This document shows, piece after piece, positions 10,040 through 19,396 of a DNA stretch of 44,280 nucleotides. Source of the stretch: Deltaproteobacteria bacterium (GTDB taxonomy: Bacteria; Myxococcota_A; UBA9042; DTJE01); contig JBBIPO010000008.1 of the NCBI GenBank assembly GCA_037442805.1, positions 1 to 44,280 of the forward strand, given 5' to 3'. A program made the translations under genes and the position numbers. Numbering within the stretch: position 1 is the stretch's first letter; the number at the start of each line of letters is the position of its first letter. Below the pieces are notes generated by a model. That model was not told the origin of the DNA, made no database searches, and saw nothing but the letters and a program-made list of their open reading frames with translations.

Positions 10040-11653
10040 GTGGGCGAGCGACGCAGGCGGTTCCTGTGGGGCGCGTTCGCGGTGTTCGTCGCGGGGACCG
10101 CGCGGGCCGCGGAGCCCGCGCGCGAGGACGGGTCCAGCCCGGCCGTCGCCGAAAATGGGAGCGCCGTGGTGCGCGGGACCTACTGGATTCATGGGACCTA
10201 CACCTCCGACTTCCCCCTCTCCGAGGACGGCGCGTTGTGGCGAGGTCGCACGTGGCCGGACGGCATCCGGGACGGACTCGACGTGGCGCTCGATCACCGC
10301 CTGCGGGTCGAGGCGGAGGCGCGCCTGTCGCGGGCCATCCGTCTGGTCGGCAGCGCCGACCTCGCCGGGTCCCTCGGTGGGGACACGACGGACATCGGGA
10401 AGGATTTCCTCCTGGTGCGGCGGGACCGGTCGCGGTTCTACGACCGCTCCACCGTGCGCGAGGCCTACCTGGAATGGACCTCTTCGGTCGGGGTGTTGCG
10501 GGTGGGTCAGATGACCTCGTCGTGGGGATTGGGGCTCGTCGCGAATGACGGCGCGGACCGGGAGGGCGCGTTCCACGACCCCCTCCTGGGCGACCTCGTC
10601 GAGCGCGTCCTGTTCGTGACGCGACCGCTCCAGGCGTTTTCGGATTCGCACCTGGCGCGCCACGTTCACCTCGGGCTGGGCGGGGACCTCGTGTATCGGG
10701 ATGACCTCGCGTCGCTGATCCAAGGGGACCTGGCCGCGGAGGGGGTCGCGCTCGCGTTCTACGACGGTCCCGTCGTGCGCGGCGGGGACCCGCTGTTCGC
10801 AGGGGTCTATGCGGCCTACCGGTTCCAGCGCGCCGACGACGGGGACCGCCTGAAGGTGGTGGCGCTGGATGCGGCATTCCGGCAGGTCGTCACGCTGGAC
10901 TCGCGCGGGACCGTCTTGACAGTGGAGGGGGAGGGGGTCTTCGCGTTCGGGTCGTTGCGGTTTTCGGACGGAGGCGGCCCGCCTCGGGCGAAGAACGGGG
11001 CGGACATCCGGCAGTGGGGCGCCGTCCTGCGAGCGGAGGTCCACGTCCCGGATGCCGGACTGCGGCCGGGGCTCGAGGCCGGCGTGGCCTCGGGCGACGC
11101 GGACCCGACCGACGACGTGGGCCGGGCATTCCGGTTCGACCCGGACTACCAGGTCGGGATGATCCTCTTCCAGGAGGTCCTGGGCCGCATGAGCGCCCTG
11201 GACCCGGAGCGCGTGTCCGCCCCGGACCTGCTCTACAAGGCCCCGAGCGGCTACAAGATGGCCGCGACCAACGGGGCCGTCACCAACGCGGTGTACCTGT
11301 ATCCGAGGGTGCGTTACTGGCCGTTCCCGGAGGTCGAGGCACAGCTGGCCTTCCTGTGGGCGCGAGGGCTCGCGCCGGTGGGCGGGGCATACCACGCGGC
11401 GGGCCATGGGGGGTATCCGCTTGGATACCGGGTAGACCCGCGGTCCTGGACCCGTGGGAAGTGGACGGAGCGCGACCTCGGGATGGAGGTGGACGCCGGG
11501 ATCGCGTACACGGTGCGATTCGGGGGCCGGGAGCGCCTGCGCCTGGGCGTCCAAGGCGGGTGGTGCCGGCCCGGCGCGGCCTTCCGGGACGCGAACGGGG
11601 ATCGGCTGCCCTCGATCTTCAAGGCGAGGGTGATGGCGGACCTCTCGTGGTAG
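10040..11653 (+). CDS. outer-membrane beta-barrel protein (alginate-export/porin-like)
   Basis: Signal peptide ending ARA; amphipathic beta-strands; REAYLEW...LRVGQM..WGLG motif; C-terminal aromatic beta-signal (ARVMADLSW). Confidence 0.7.
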   Translation: MGERRRRFLWGAFAVFVAGTARAAEPAREDGSSPAVAENGSAVVRGTYWIHGTYTSDFPLSEDGALWRGRTWPDGIRDGLDVALDHRLRVEAEARLSRAIRLVGSADLAGSLGGDTTDIGKDFLLVRRDRSRFYDRSTVREAYLEWTSSVGVLRVGQMTSSWGLGLVANDGADREGAFHDPLLGDLVERVLFVTRPLQAFSDSHLARHVHLGLGGDLVYRDDLASLIQGDLAAEGVALAFYDGPVVRGGDPLFAGVYAAYRFQRADDGDRLKVVALDAAFRQVVTLDSRGTVLTVEGEGVFAFGSLRFSDGGGPPRAKNGADIRQWGAVLRAEVHVPDAGLRPGLEAGVASGDADPTDDVGRAFRFDPDYQVGMILFQEVLGRMSALDPERVSAPDLLYKAPSGYKMAATNGAVTNAVYLYPRVRYWPFPEVEAQLAFLWARGLAPVGGAYHAAGHGGYPLGYRVDPRSWTRGKWTERDLGMEVDAGIAYTVRFGGRERLRLGVQGGWCRPGAAFRDANGDRLPSIFKARVMADLSW

Positions 11654-11776
11654 GTCGCACCGTGGAAGGTCGGGCGTACCATCGTCCCGTGCGTTCACGA
11701 TCCGTGGTATGAATAGCCGTCCCGGCGAGTCGGGGCCGGGACGAGGTTCCAGTCGAAGCACGAGGGGGGAAGCACG

Positions 11777-12898
11777 ATGGCGGACGACCAGAAGACGGAC
11801 GGGACCGAAGGCGCGGGAGGGGCGCGGACCGCCGGCCCCGGAGGAGGGGCCGGACCTTCCCTGGACGAACTGAAGGCGCGGCTCGGGATCGCGACGAAGG
11901 CGCCCACGGCGGCCAAGACCCCGTTGCGCAAGCTTACCCAGGAGGCGGACTTCCAGTTTTCGCTGAACGCGCCGGCCGAGGCCGCGCCGGTCCTGAAGGA
12001 GCCGAGCGAGGTCTCGGCGCTCGTGGTCCAGAAGAAGGGGCTCACGGCGCCGTGGATTGCCGCGTTCACGGTCCTCGCGGTCATCGCGCTGTTCGTGGGG
12101 CTCTTTTTCGGGAAGGTGATGAAGGAACGCGCCATCGAGAACTTCAAGATCAAGGAGGCGGCGTTCATCCTCGAGTATTTCCGCAAGGCGAGGGCCGAGA
12201 AACTGGCGGCCGGGGAGGGGACGACGATCGAGGTCATCAACGCCCACATAGACGACACGCTCGCAGTGTTTGGCGCGCTCCAGAAGGCCGCGACGCCCGA
12301 GGCCCAGGCCGCGGCGGGCCAGCAACTGGAGCAGTATCTCGAGCGCTGCCGCGCCTACCGGGACAAGCAGCCGGTCTTCAGCATCGAGGCGGTGTTCCCG
12401 GGGGTCATCTTCAACCAGGAACTCGCCGCGCAGGTGGTCCGCTACATCGAGGCGGTCCAGAGGCTGTACGACGAGACGGCCCTCTTGGCCCTGGAAGCGG
12501 ATACCCAGCACCGGGTCACGGAGCCCGAAGAGCGGGGCGAGATGATCGAGACGGTGTGGATCGAGCCGATGGAGGAGGGTGGCGAACGGTGGTTCAAGGG
12601 GGTCTTCGTCGCGCGAATGGACCGCGAGAATCCCGTGAAGAAGAACGGGACCGTCGAGTACCCGGTCCTCCCGGTCGGCGCCGAGAAGGGGTTCCTGGTT
12701 TCGACCACGTCGCTCGTGAAGGTGGACGTCTCGCCCATCGCGCACAACAAGTCGGCCCGCTACAAGGCCGCGATCCAGGCGCGCGTCCGGACGCGCCTGG
12801 CCAAGGTCAAGGAGGCGGCGGACCTGGCCGGGTTCTCGGGCCTGGAGGAGCGACTCCAGAAGGTGGCGGGGCGGTCCCCGTTCTTCACGATCTTCTGA
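11777..12898 (+). CDS. hypothetical single-pass membrane protein
   Basis: GAGGGGG SD, strong GC3 codon bias, one TM helix (WIAAFTVLAVIALFVGLFFG), helical C-terminal part. Confidence 0.75.
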   Translation: MADDQKTDGTEGAGGARTAGPGGGAGPSLDELKARLGIATKAPTAAKTPLRKLTQEADFQFSLNAPAEAAPVLKEPSEVSALVVQKKGLTAPWIAAFTVLAVIALFVGLFFGKVMKERAIENFKIKEAAFILEYFRKARAEKLAAGEGTTIEVINAHIDDTLAVFGALQKAATPEAQAAAGQQLEQYLERCRAYRDKQPVFSIEAVFPGVIFNQELAAQVVRYIEAVQRLYDETALLALEADTQHRVTEPEERGEMIETVWIEPMEEGGERWFKGVFVARMDRENPVKKNGTVEYPVLPVGAEKGFLVSTTSLVKVDVSPIAHNKSARYKAAIQARVRTRLAKVKEAADLAGFSGLEERLQKVAGRSPFFTIF

Positions 12899-13577
12899 CG
12901 CGCCGATCGAGGTCCCGGAGCGTCCACACCAGGAAGAGCCACAGAAGGGCCACGATGGGGAGGGTGGCGAAGTACCAGAGCCCACCCTTGTAATTGAGAT
13001 AGTTGTAAAGACCATGATACACGGCGGCGAGGGCGAGTCCCAGGTGGACCGACCAGGACGCGCCGCCCCTTCGCAGGGACTCCCCGAGCCCCCATCCCGA
13101 GAACGCCGCGAAGAGCATGTGCACGAACGGGACCACGGCGGAGCGTCCCAGGTCCGGGCCTCCGGTGGCCCACATCGCGTACCAGTTCTCGGCTGTGGCG
13201 AAGCCGAGTGCGGACGCGGTCGCGAGCACCAGGCAGTCCGAGGGAACGCTCCAAGCCGGCCGCATGGTGGCGACCAGGACCACGGCCGCGAGTTTCGCGC
13301 ATTCCTCGATGGGACCGACCACGGCCAAGAAGAACACGGCGCGCGCGGCGTCGTCCTCGGATGCGCCCGAGACGAGCGGGCGATACACGGCCAGGGTCTC
13401 CAGGTCCTCGAACAGAAAGAAGGTCGCCGCCGCCGCGACCATCCCGAACACGAAGGTCAGCGCCAGAGATGGCCATCCCAGGGCCCCGTGCCGGGTCCGT
13501 CCGCGGATGAAGGCCAGGAACAGACCCGACGGGATGAGGCACGTCAGAAGGGTTCCGGCAAGTTCGGGCCACGTCAT
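12885..13577 (-). CDS. prsW: PrsW-family intramembrane glutamic/metalloprotease
   Basis: Motifs GPIEECAK, ALGFATAEN, VH, YHGLYN; polytopic membrane protein. Confidence 0.85.
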   Translation of the reverse strand: MTWPELAGTLLTCLIPSGLFLAFIRGRTRHGALGWPSLALTFVFGMVAAAATFFLFEDLETLAVYRPLVSGASEDDAARAVFFLAVVGPIEECAKLAAVVLVATMRPAWSVPSDCLVLATASALGFATAENWYAMWATGGPDLGRSAVVPFVHMLFAAFSGWGLGESLRRGGASWSVHLGLALAAVYHGLYNYLNYKGGLWYFATLPIVALLWLFLVWTLRDLDRRVRRS

Positions 13578-13629
13578 GACCCGATTGTCCGGGCGTATCC
13601 CGGCGGACGCAAGGGGACCCCACGCGCAT

Positions 13630-13659
13630 TTGACGAACGGAACCCGAAGGGGATACTCT
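13630..13659 (+). promoter_or_regulatory. putative sigma70 promoter for the kinase gene
   Basis: TTGACG, 18-bp spacer, TACTCT, ending 21 bp before ATG 13681. Confidence 0.45.
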
Positions 13660-13680
13660 ACGCTGTGGGGAACCCAGGCC

Positions 13681-15210
13681 ATGCCCAGAGTCTGCCCCAG
13701 TTGTGGTCGCCGCTTCGACACCCCGGTCGAACGCTGTCCGGATGACGGGTCCCCGACCTTCCTCGTCCGCCGCGAAGAGGACCTGGTCGGCACCACGGTG
13801 GACGGTCGGTTCACCTTGCTCGAGATCCTCGGGATCGGAGGGATGGGGGCCGTCTATCGGGCGCACCAGCACTCGATGGACCGGGACGTGGCCCTGAAAC
13901 TGATGCGGCCAGAGACCGCGGGGGACGAGCAGGCGGTGCGGCGCTTCTTCCGGGAGGCCCGGGCCGCGAGCAAGCTGAATAACCCGCACACGATCACGGT
14001 CTTCGATTTCGGGCAGACCCAGGACGGGATGCTCTACATCGCGATGGAGTTGCTGCGCGGCCGCTCCCTGGCGAAAACGCTGCACGACCTCGGCGCGCCG
14101 ATGGAACCGGCCCGCGCGATCCGGATCGCCGACCAGGTGCTCGACTCGCTGGACGAGGCGCACGCCAACGGGATCCTCCACCGCGACCTCAAGCCGGACA
14201 ACATCTTCCTGCTGGACACGCGCGGCGGCGAGGACTTCGTGAAGGTCCTGGACTTCGGGATCGCGAAAATGCGGGAACCCGGAGGCCAGTCCTTGACCGC
14301 GACAGGCATGGCGTTCGGGACCCCGACCTACATGAGCCCGGAGCAGGCCCAGGCCCGGGACCTGGACGCCAGAAGCGACCTGTACTCGGTCGGGGTCATC
14401 CTGTTCGAGATGCTTGCGGGCAAGCCGCCGTTTCAGGCCGAGACCCCGCTGGCGATGGCCCTCAAGAAGGTCCAGGAGCGCGCGCCCACCGTCTATCACG
14501 TGAACCCGGACGTGCGCATCCCCGAGAGCCTGGAACGACTCCTGGCGAGGCTGCTCGATTCGAACGTGGACGCACGCCCGAAGAGCGCGTCCGAGGTTCG
14601 GGCGCTGCTCGCGGAGGCGGCGAAGGACCAGAGCGCGATCCCCATGCCGTCCGTGGTGATTCGGGAGCGGACGACGGAAGTGGTGCGGGCGGTGCGCGAG
14701 CCGGAGGCGGGGCGGGCCTCGACCCTGGAACCCACGCCCTATCGGGAACGCCCGCCGGTGGAGGTCCCCGCGCCCCGCAAGCACCTGCCCGTCTGGGCCA
14801 TCGTCCTGGCGGCCGTGGCGGGTGTGACCGTGGCCCTCGGGGCGTGGGCGCTGATGACGGGGGGCCCGGAGCCCGTTCCACTGGAACCCTCCCCGGCACC
14901 GACAGTGGCCACGACCCCGACGTCACAGGCCGTCCTGGACACGGGACCGGCACCGCAGGTCGTCGCCGGGACGCCGGATTCCGGTCCCGCGGACCGGGAC
15001 GCGGGGGGCTCCGCGGTCGCCAGTCCACCGCCGCCTCCCGCGGCCCCAGCGCGGGCGGCCGAGGCGCCCCGCCCGAAGTGGCCAGCTGCCGCGCGCTTCG
15101 CGCCGCGGGTCCAGCCGGGGAAGCGGGTGGATTCCGGGATGGATCGCCTGCTGAAATCGGGTCGGGTCCGACCGGTCGAGGACACGATCCGGTTGAAGGG
15201 GACGCGCTGA
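13681..15210 (+). CDS. Hanks-type Ser/Thr protein kinase with N-terminal Cys knuckle and a TM helix
   Basis: GIGGMGAVY, VALK, HRDLKPDN, DFG, GTPTYMSPEQ, SDLYSVG; N-terminal CPSC...CPDDG; TM WAIVLAAVAGVTVALGAWAL; Pro-rich tail. Confidence 0.95.
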   Translation: MPRVCPSCGRRFDTPVERCPDDGSPTFLVRREEDLVGTTVDGRFTLLEILGIGGMGAVYRAHQHSMDRDVALKLMRPETAGDEQAVRRFFREARAASKLNNPHTITVFDFGQTQDGMLYIAMELLRGRSLAKTLHDLGAPMEPARAIRIADQVLDSLDEAHANGILHRDLKPDNIFLLDTRGGEDFVKVLDFGIAKMREPGGQSLTATGMAFGTPTYMSPEQAQARDLDARSDLYSVGVILFEMLAGKPPFQAETPLAMALKKVQERAPTVYHVNPDVRIPESLERLLARLLDSNVDARPKSASEVRALLAEAAKDQSAIPMPSVVIRERTTEVVRAVREPEAGRASTLEPTPYRERPPVEVPAPRKHLPVWAIVLAAVAGVTVALGAWALMTGGPEPVPLEPSPAPTVATTPTSQAVLDTGPAPQVVAGTPDSGPADRDAGGSAVASPPPPPAAPARAAEAPRPKWPAAARFAPRVQPGKRVDSGMDRLLKSGRVRPVEDTIRLKGTR

Positions 15211-15263
15211 GGGGAACCAGGGGCAGGTGCGCTCCGGGACGGCAGGAAACCAGGGGGCACGAC

Positions 15264-15415
15264 ATGGGAAATGGGATACCGGAGACCGGAGACGGGAAAC
15301 GGGTGAGTGGGGAGGCGACGAAGCGCGCGCGAAGCGCCTTCGGACTGCCGCGTCCTGACGCAGCCTGGTCGTGGAAGCGGATTGCCCACGCCCACACCTA
15401 CGCCCACGCCCACGG
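15264..15415 (+). repeat. degenerate heptamer array (7 units) plus GCCCAC hexamer array
   Basis: ATGGGAA ATGGGAT ACCGGAG ACCGGAG ACGGGAA ACGGGTG AGTGGGG (15264-15312) and GCCCAC GCCCAC ACCTAC GCCCAC GCCCAC GG (15384-15415). Confidence 0.75.
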
Positions 15416-16565
15416 TTTCTTGACGGGCGCGGTGATCGTGGCGGTCGTGGCGGCCACGGCGGCGGTCTTGCCCACCCCGGTCGCGGCCCAGACACCGGAC
15501 GCGGAGGTCCAGGCGATCGTGGACCAGGCCACGCGGGACGCGCGCAATCGCCGGTATCCCCAGGCGGTGGATGGGTTCAAGAAGGCGTACGAGAAGACGA
15601 AGGATCCCGCGTACCTATACAACGTCGCCGCGCTGTTGCTGCTGCGGATGCGCGACGCGGCCGGGGCGTGGGACTACGCGATGCGATACCGGGACGAGGC
15701 GCGCACGGACGAGGACCGCCGGGAGGCGGACGACCTGATCGCCCAGGCCGAGGCCGAGTTGCAGAAGACCCACGGGAAGCTCGCCGTGTCCGTCCTGCCG
15801 ACCACTGCGGAGTTGTGGCTCGACGAGGCGACCCCCGAGCATCGCCTGTCCCGGACCACGACGTGGGTGCAGCCGGGTGCGCGCACCGTGATCGCCCGCG
15901 CCCCCGGTTATGCCGAGGCCCGCGCGCCAGTCATCGTGAAGGTCGGTGTGCTGAATGAAGTCTCGATTCGGCTCGTGGCCGAGAAGGCGACCTTGCGGGT
16001 CCTGAGCCGGACGCCACGTTGTCGCGTGCGGGTGGACGACCAGGACCTGGGCGAGGCGCCTGTCGAGGCCTCCCTGGCCAGGGGCAGCCACGTGGTCCGG
16101 GCCGAGGCCGAGGGGTTCAATCCGTTCGAACAGCGAGTGGTCCTCGGCGCTGGTGAATCCCTGGTGGTTCACGCGGACCTGATGCCGCTCGCGCGGGAGG
16201 TCGTGACCACCCCCACGCCCGCGAGGCCCCCCCCGCCACCCGTGCGAGAGACCCCGACCCCTTCCTCCCCGCGCAAGACCTGGGCGTGGGTCGCCATCGG
16301 CGGAGGCGCGGCCCTGCTGGTCACGGGGTCCATCCTGTACGGGGTTGCTTACAAGGAGATGAAGGACGCAGGCAACCTGGCCGACAAGGCCGCCTACGAC
16401 TCCAAGGTGAGTGGGGCCCGCAAGAAGGGGTACGCAGCGTATGGTCTGTGGGGGGTCGGGGCCGCGGCGGTGGCGGCGGGGCTGGTCCTGTACTTCACGG
16501 CCCCGCAAGCCCCGGCCGCGGTGGTCCCGACGCCGACCGGGGTCGCGGCCGTCTGGACGTTCTAA
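15264..16565 (+). CDS. secreted TPR + PEGA-domain protein
   Basis: Signal peptide ending VAA-Q; TPR-like FKKAYE..DPAYLYNVA; PEGA VRVDDQDLGEAP..L.RGSHVVRAEAEG; hydrophobic C-terminal hairpin. Start uncertain (15264, or TTG 15421). Confidence 0.8.
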   Translation: MGNGIPETGDGKRVSGEATKRARSAFGLPRPDAAWSWKRIAHAHTYAHAHGFLTGAVIVAVVAATAAVLPTPVAAQTPDAEVQAIVDQATRDARNRRYPQAVDGFKKAYEKTKDPAYLYNVAALLLLRMRDAAGAWDYAMRYRDEARTDEDRREADDLIAQAEAELQKTHGKLAVSVLPTTAELWLDEATPEHRLSRTTTWVQPGARTVIARAPGYAEARAPVIVKVGVLNEVSIRLVAEKATLRVLSRTPRCRVRVDDQDLGEAPVEASLARGSHVVRAEAEGFNPFEQRVVLGAGESLVVHADLMPLAREVVTTPTPARPPPPPVRETPTPSSPRKTWAWVAIGGGAALLVTGSILYGVAYKEMKDAGNLADKAAYDSKVSGARKKGYAAYGLWGVGAAAVAAGLVLYFTAPQAPAAVVPTPTGVAAVWTF

Positions 16566-16638
16566 CCGTCAGCATTGGAAAAATCTTTATCGAGATGATA
16601 TCGTATTGAAATCATTGAATCCATTCGAAGACCGGGTC

Positions 16639-17925
16639 ATGACCGTGGCCGAGGTGTCGGCCCTGGTCAAGGAGGTCCTCGAAGGGACGTTCCCCCGGGT
16701 CTCGGTGGAGGGCGAGGTCACAGGATTCAAGGTCTCGGGCTCCGGGCACGCCTATTTCGCGCTCACCGAACGCCCCGAGGGCGGCGCAGCGACCCTGACC
16801 CTCGAGTGCGTCCTGTACCGGTTCACCCGGGCCGCGCAGACCGTGGTCATCCAGAATGGACGGCGCATCGTGGCCACGGGTCGGATCTCGTCGTGGGCCG
16901 GCAGCGGGGGCAGCCGCTATCAGCTGGTAGTTCAGGCCGTGCGGGAGGCCGGCGCAGGGGACCTGCTCAGGCGCCTCGAGGAACTCAAGCGCCGCCTGGC
17001 CGCGGAGGGGTTGTTCGATGCGGGCCGCAAGCGTCCCTTGCCGTACTGGCCCCGGCGGATCGGGGTCGTGACCTCCCTGTACGGGGCCGCGATCCGGGAC
17101 ATCGTGCGCACGGTGCTCGCGCGGTTCCCGGCGCGCATCTTGGTCGCCCCGTCCCTGGTCCAGGGGGAAGGGGCGGCGGAGGCCATCGCGGCCGGGATCG
17201 AGGCCCTGAACCGCGTCCCGGACGTGGACGTGATCATCGTGGGGCGGGGCGGGGGCTCGATGGAGGACCTGTGGGCCTTCAACGAGGAGGTCGTGGTCCG
17301 GGCCGTCGTCGCCTCGCGCGTCCCCGTGATCTCGGCGGTCGGGCACACGAGCGACCACGTCCTGAGCGACGACGCCGCGGACGTGTGCGCGGTCACACCG
17401 ACCGCCGCCGGGGAGCGGGTCGTCCCGAACATCGCCGAGATCCGGGCGAACCTGGACGCGGCGGAGGGCAGATTGCAGGAGGCGGCCGCGAGGGCCCTGG
17501 ACCTGGCCGGACGACGCCTCGACGAGGCCGAGGCCCGCCTCGCTCGCGCGGGAAACCGACTGCTGGCGGGTCCGGGCCATGCGCTCGCGCTCCTCGAGGC
17601 CCGGCTGCGCGCGAGACACCCCGCGAGGACCCTGCGCGAGGAGCGGCGCCACCTGGAGCAGACAGCGAGGCGCCTTCAGACCCTGGGACGGCGCCTCCTG
17701 GAACCGGCCCGCCACCGCGTGGACTCTTTGGCCTTGCGCCTGGGCCCCCTCGACCCCTTCGCGCCGCTCGAACGGGGCTATGCCCTGGCCCGGACCCCGG
17801 ATGGACAGGTGGTCTTCCGTCACGACCAGGTCAGGGCGGGCGATGCCCTGGACCTGTGGCTCGGCCAGGGGGCCCTGGACTGCGTGGTCACGGGCGGACG
17901 GCCCGAGCGGGAGCGGCCCCACTGA
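16639..17925 (+). CDS. xseA: exodeoxyribonuclease VII large subunit
   Basis: VEGEV....SGHAYF, EGLFD..RKRPLP, IGVVTS..GAAIRD, VQG..A, GRGGGSMEDLWAFNEE, SAVGH..D, TPTAA, LERGYA. An alternative TTG start lies at 16606. Confidence 0.95.
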   Translation: MTVAEVSALVKEVLEGTFPRVSVEGEVTGFKVSGSGHAYFALTERPEGGAATLTLECVLYRFTRAAQTVVIQNGRRIVATGRISSWAGSGGSRYQLVVQAVREAGAGDLLRRLEELKRRLAAEGLFDAGRKRPLPYWPRRIGVVTSLYGAAIRDIVRTVLARFPARILVAPSLVQGEGAAEAIAAGIEALNRVPDVDVIIVGRGGGSMEDLWAFNEEVVVRAVVASRVPVISAVGHTSDHVLSDDAADVCAVTPTAAGERVVPNIAEIRANLDAAEGRLQEAAARALDLAGRRLDEAEARLARAGNRLLAGPGHALALLEARLRARHPARTLREERRHLEQTARRLQTLGRRLLEPARHRVDSLALRLGPLDPFAPLERGYALARTPDGQVVFRHDQVRAGDALDLWLGQGALDCVVTGGRPERERPH

Positions 17926-19366
17926 CGGGGCGCTCCCACGCCGGGGTGAAGAACTCGCCGGGGCCCAGGTCGAGGGCCCGCGCGCCCCGGCCGTCCCGGG
18001 TCATCACGAAGAGGCGCTTGGGTCCCTGGCGGGTCGAAGTGAAGACAAGGAGGCGACCGTCCGGCGAGAACGAGGGCTCCTCGTCGTCCCAGGGTCCGGC
18101 CGTCAGACGCGACACGAGATTCGTGGCGAGGTCGTACCGCCAGATGGAGAAGCGCCCCCCCTCGCCCCGGCTCTGGTAGGCGATGGAGGACCCGTCGGGG
18201 GACCAGTCGGGGCTCGTGTTGTACGACCCGGGGAGCGGCAGGGGTCTCTGCCCGGACCCGTCCGCTTCCATGACAAAGACGCTGGGACCTCCGAAGCGGT
18301 CCGAGACGAACGCGATCTGGCGACCGTCCGGGGACCACGAGGGGGAGGAATCAATGCCCGGCGCGGTCGTCAGACGGGCGCGGACCTCGCCGGTGCGTGG
18401 GTCGAGCAGAAAGAGGTCCACGTTTCCGTCTAACGCGAGCGTGACGGCCACAGCATCCCCTCCCGGCGAGAAGGACGCTCCGGTGTTGAGGCCCGGACGG
18501 GCCGACAGGACCCGGACGGACGAGTCCGACCGCCCCGCGCGCTCGACCAAGTACAGGTCCGGATTGCCGGAGCGGTAGCCCGTGAAGACCAGGGCCCCGC
18601 CGAACCCCCAGGCCGGCAGGATGGCGAGGACCCCGTCGGCGCTGACCCGGACCGGGGTGGCGGACCCGAATTCGATGAACCACACCTCCTTGGGCACGTT
18701 TGGGGTCGGACGATGCGAGTAGGCGATCCGCGTCCCGAAGACGCCTGGACGCCCGGTGATGCAGGACAACAGCGCGGACACGTACCGGTGGCCGAGGGCC
18801 TCGACCCGGTCGGGCGGGACCACGACGTCCGCGCCGCCGATGCGCAGGGTGTCCCCTTCCTCGGTCAGGTAGGCCCGGAGGCGAACGGCGAGCGCCTGCC
18901 CCGGGGCCGGCGACATCTCGGCGACCACGACGAGATACGCGCCGGCCTCCCTCCAGCCGAGGTAATCGAAGGTCACCTCGTTCATCCATGTCCACCACGC
19001 CGGGGAGGGACGGGTATCGGGCGACAGGACGTAGAACACCCCGGACAGCTCGAGGTCCCGGGCCAGGGTCGCGGCCAGGTGCGCGGCGGGTTCCGCCAGG
19101 TCCCCGCGTGGAGTCAGGTCCAGGGCGAGCGGCCACGCCACCGGGATCAGGGGCATGGGCCCGGCGAAGTCGTAGCCGAACTGGCCGCACCGCGGGTCGT
19201 CGGGCGTGGGGGTCGGGAAGGGGTCGGGGCCCGCCAGGGCGGGGAGGGAGACGGCCACGAGGACCAGCACGAGCGCGTACCAGGGCGGCTCCCGCCTGTG
19301 GGACTGGTCACGGTCGGCGTTCAAGGTCCCGTTCTCGCCCACGCCCACGCCTACGCCCACGCCCAC
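17888..19366 (-). CDS. tolB: TolB-like periplasmic beta-propeller (PD40 repeats)
   Basis: DLELSGVF N-domain, GVFGTRIAY, repeated PSWSPDG/FSPDG, FVSDRFGGP; last gene of tolQRAB. Start uncertain because it lies in a hexamer repeat. Confidence 0.88.
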   Translation of the reverse strand: MGVGVGVGVGENGTLNADRDQSHRREPPWYALVLVLVAVSLPALAGPDPFPTPTPDDPRCGQFGYDFAGPMPLIPVAWPLALDLTPRGDLAEPAAHLAATLARDLELSGVFYVLSPDTRPSPAWWTWMNEVTFDYLGWREAGAYLVVVAEMSPAPGQALAVRLRAYLTEEGDTLRIGGADVVVPPDRVEALGHRYVSALLSCITGRPGVFGTRIAYSHRPTPNVPKEVWFIEFGSATPVRVSADGVLAILPAWGFGGALVFTGYRSGNPDLYLVERAGRSDSSVRVLSARPGLNTGASFSPGGDAVAVTLALDGNVDLFLLDPRTGEVRARLTTAPGIDSSPSWSPDGRQIAFVSDRFGGPSVFVMEADGSGQRPLPLPGSYNTSPDWSPDGSSIAYQSRGEGGRFSIWRYDLATNLVSRLTAGPWDDEEPSFSPDGRLLVFTSTRQGPKRLFVMTRDGRGARALDLGPGEFFTPAWERPVSGAAPARAVRP

Positions 19367-19368
19367 GG
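19337..19368 (+). repeat. GCCCAC hexamer array, 31/32 identical to 15384-15415
   Basis: GCCCAC GCCCAC GCCTAC GCCCAC GCCCAC GG. Confidence 0.85.
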
Positions 19369-19396
19369 GAGCCTTGCGCTGACCCCCCGCAAGAGG

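Noticed and set aside
9974-13015. Long alternative-frame or antisense ORFs (1013 aa here; also 5055-7559, 34863-37898 and others)
   Set aside because: These are typical stop-poor shadows in high-GC DNA. They overlap motif-supported genes and have no recognisable domains.
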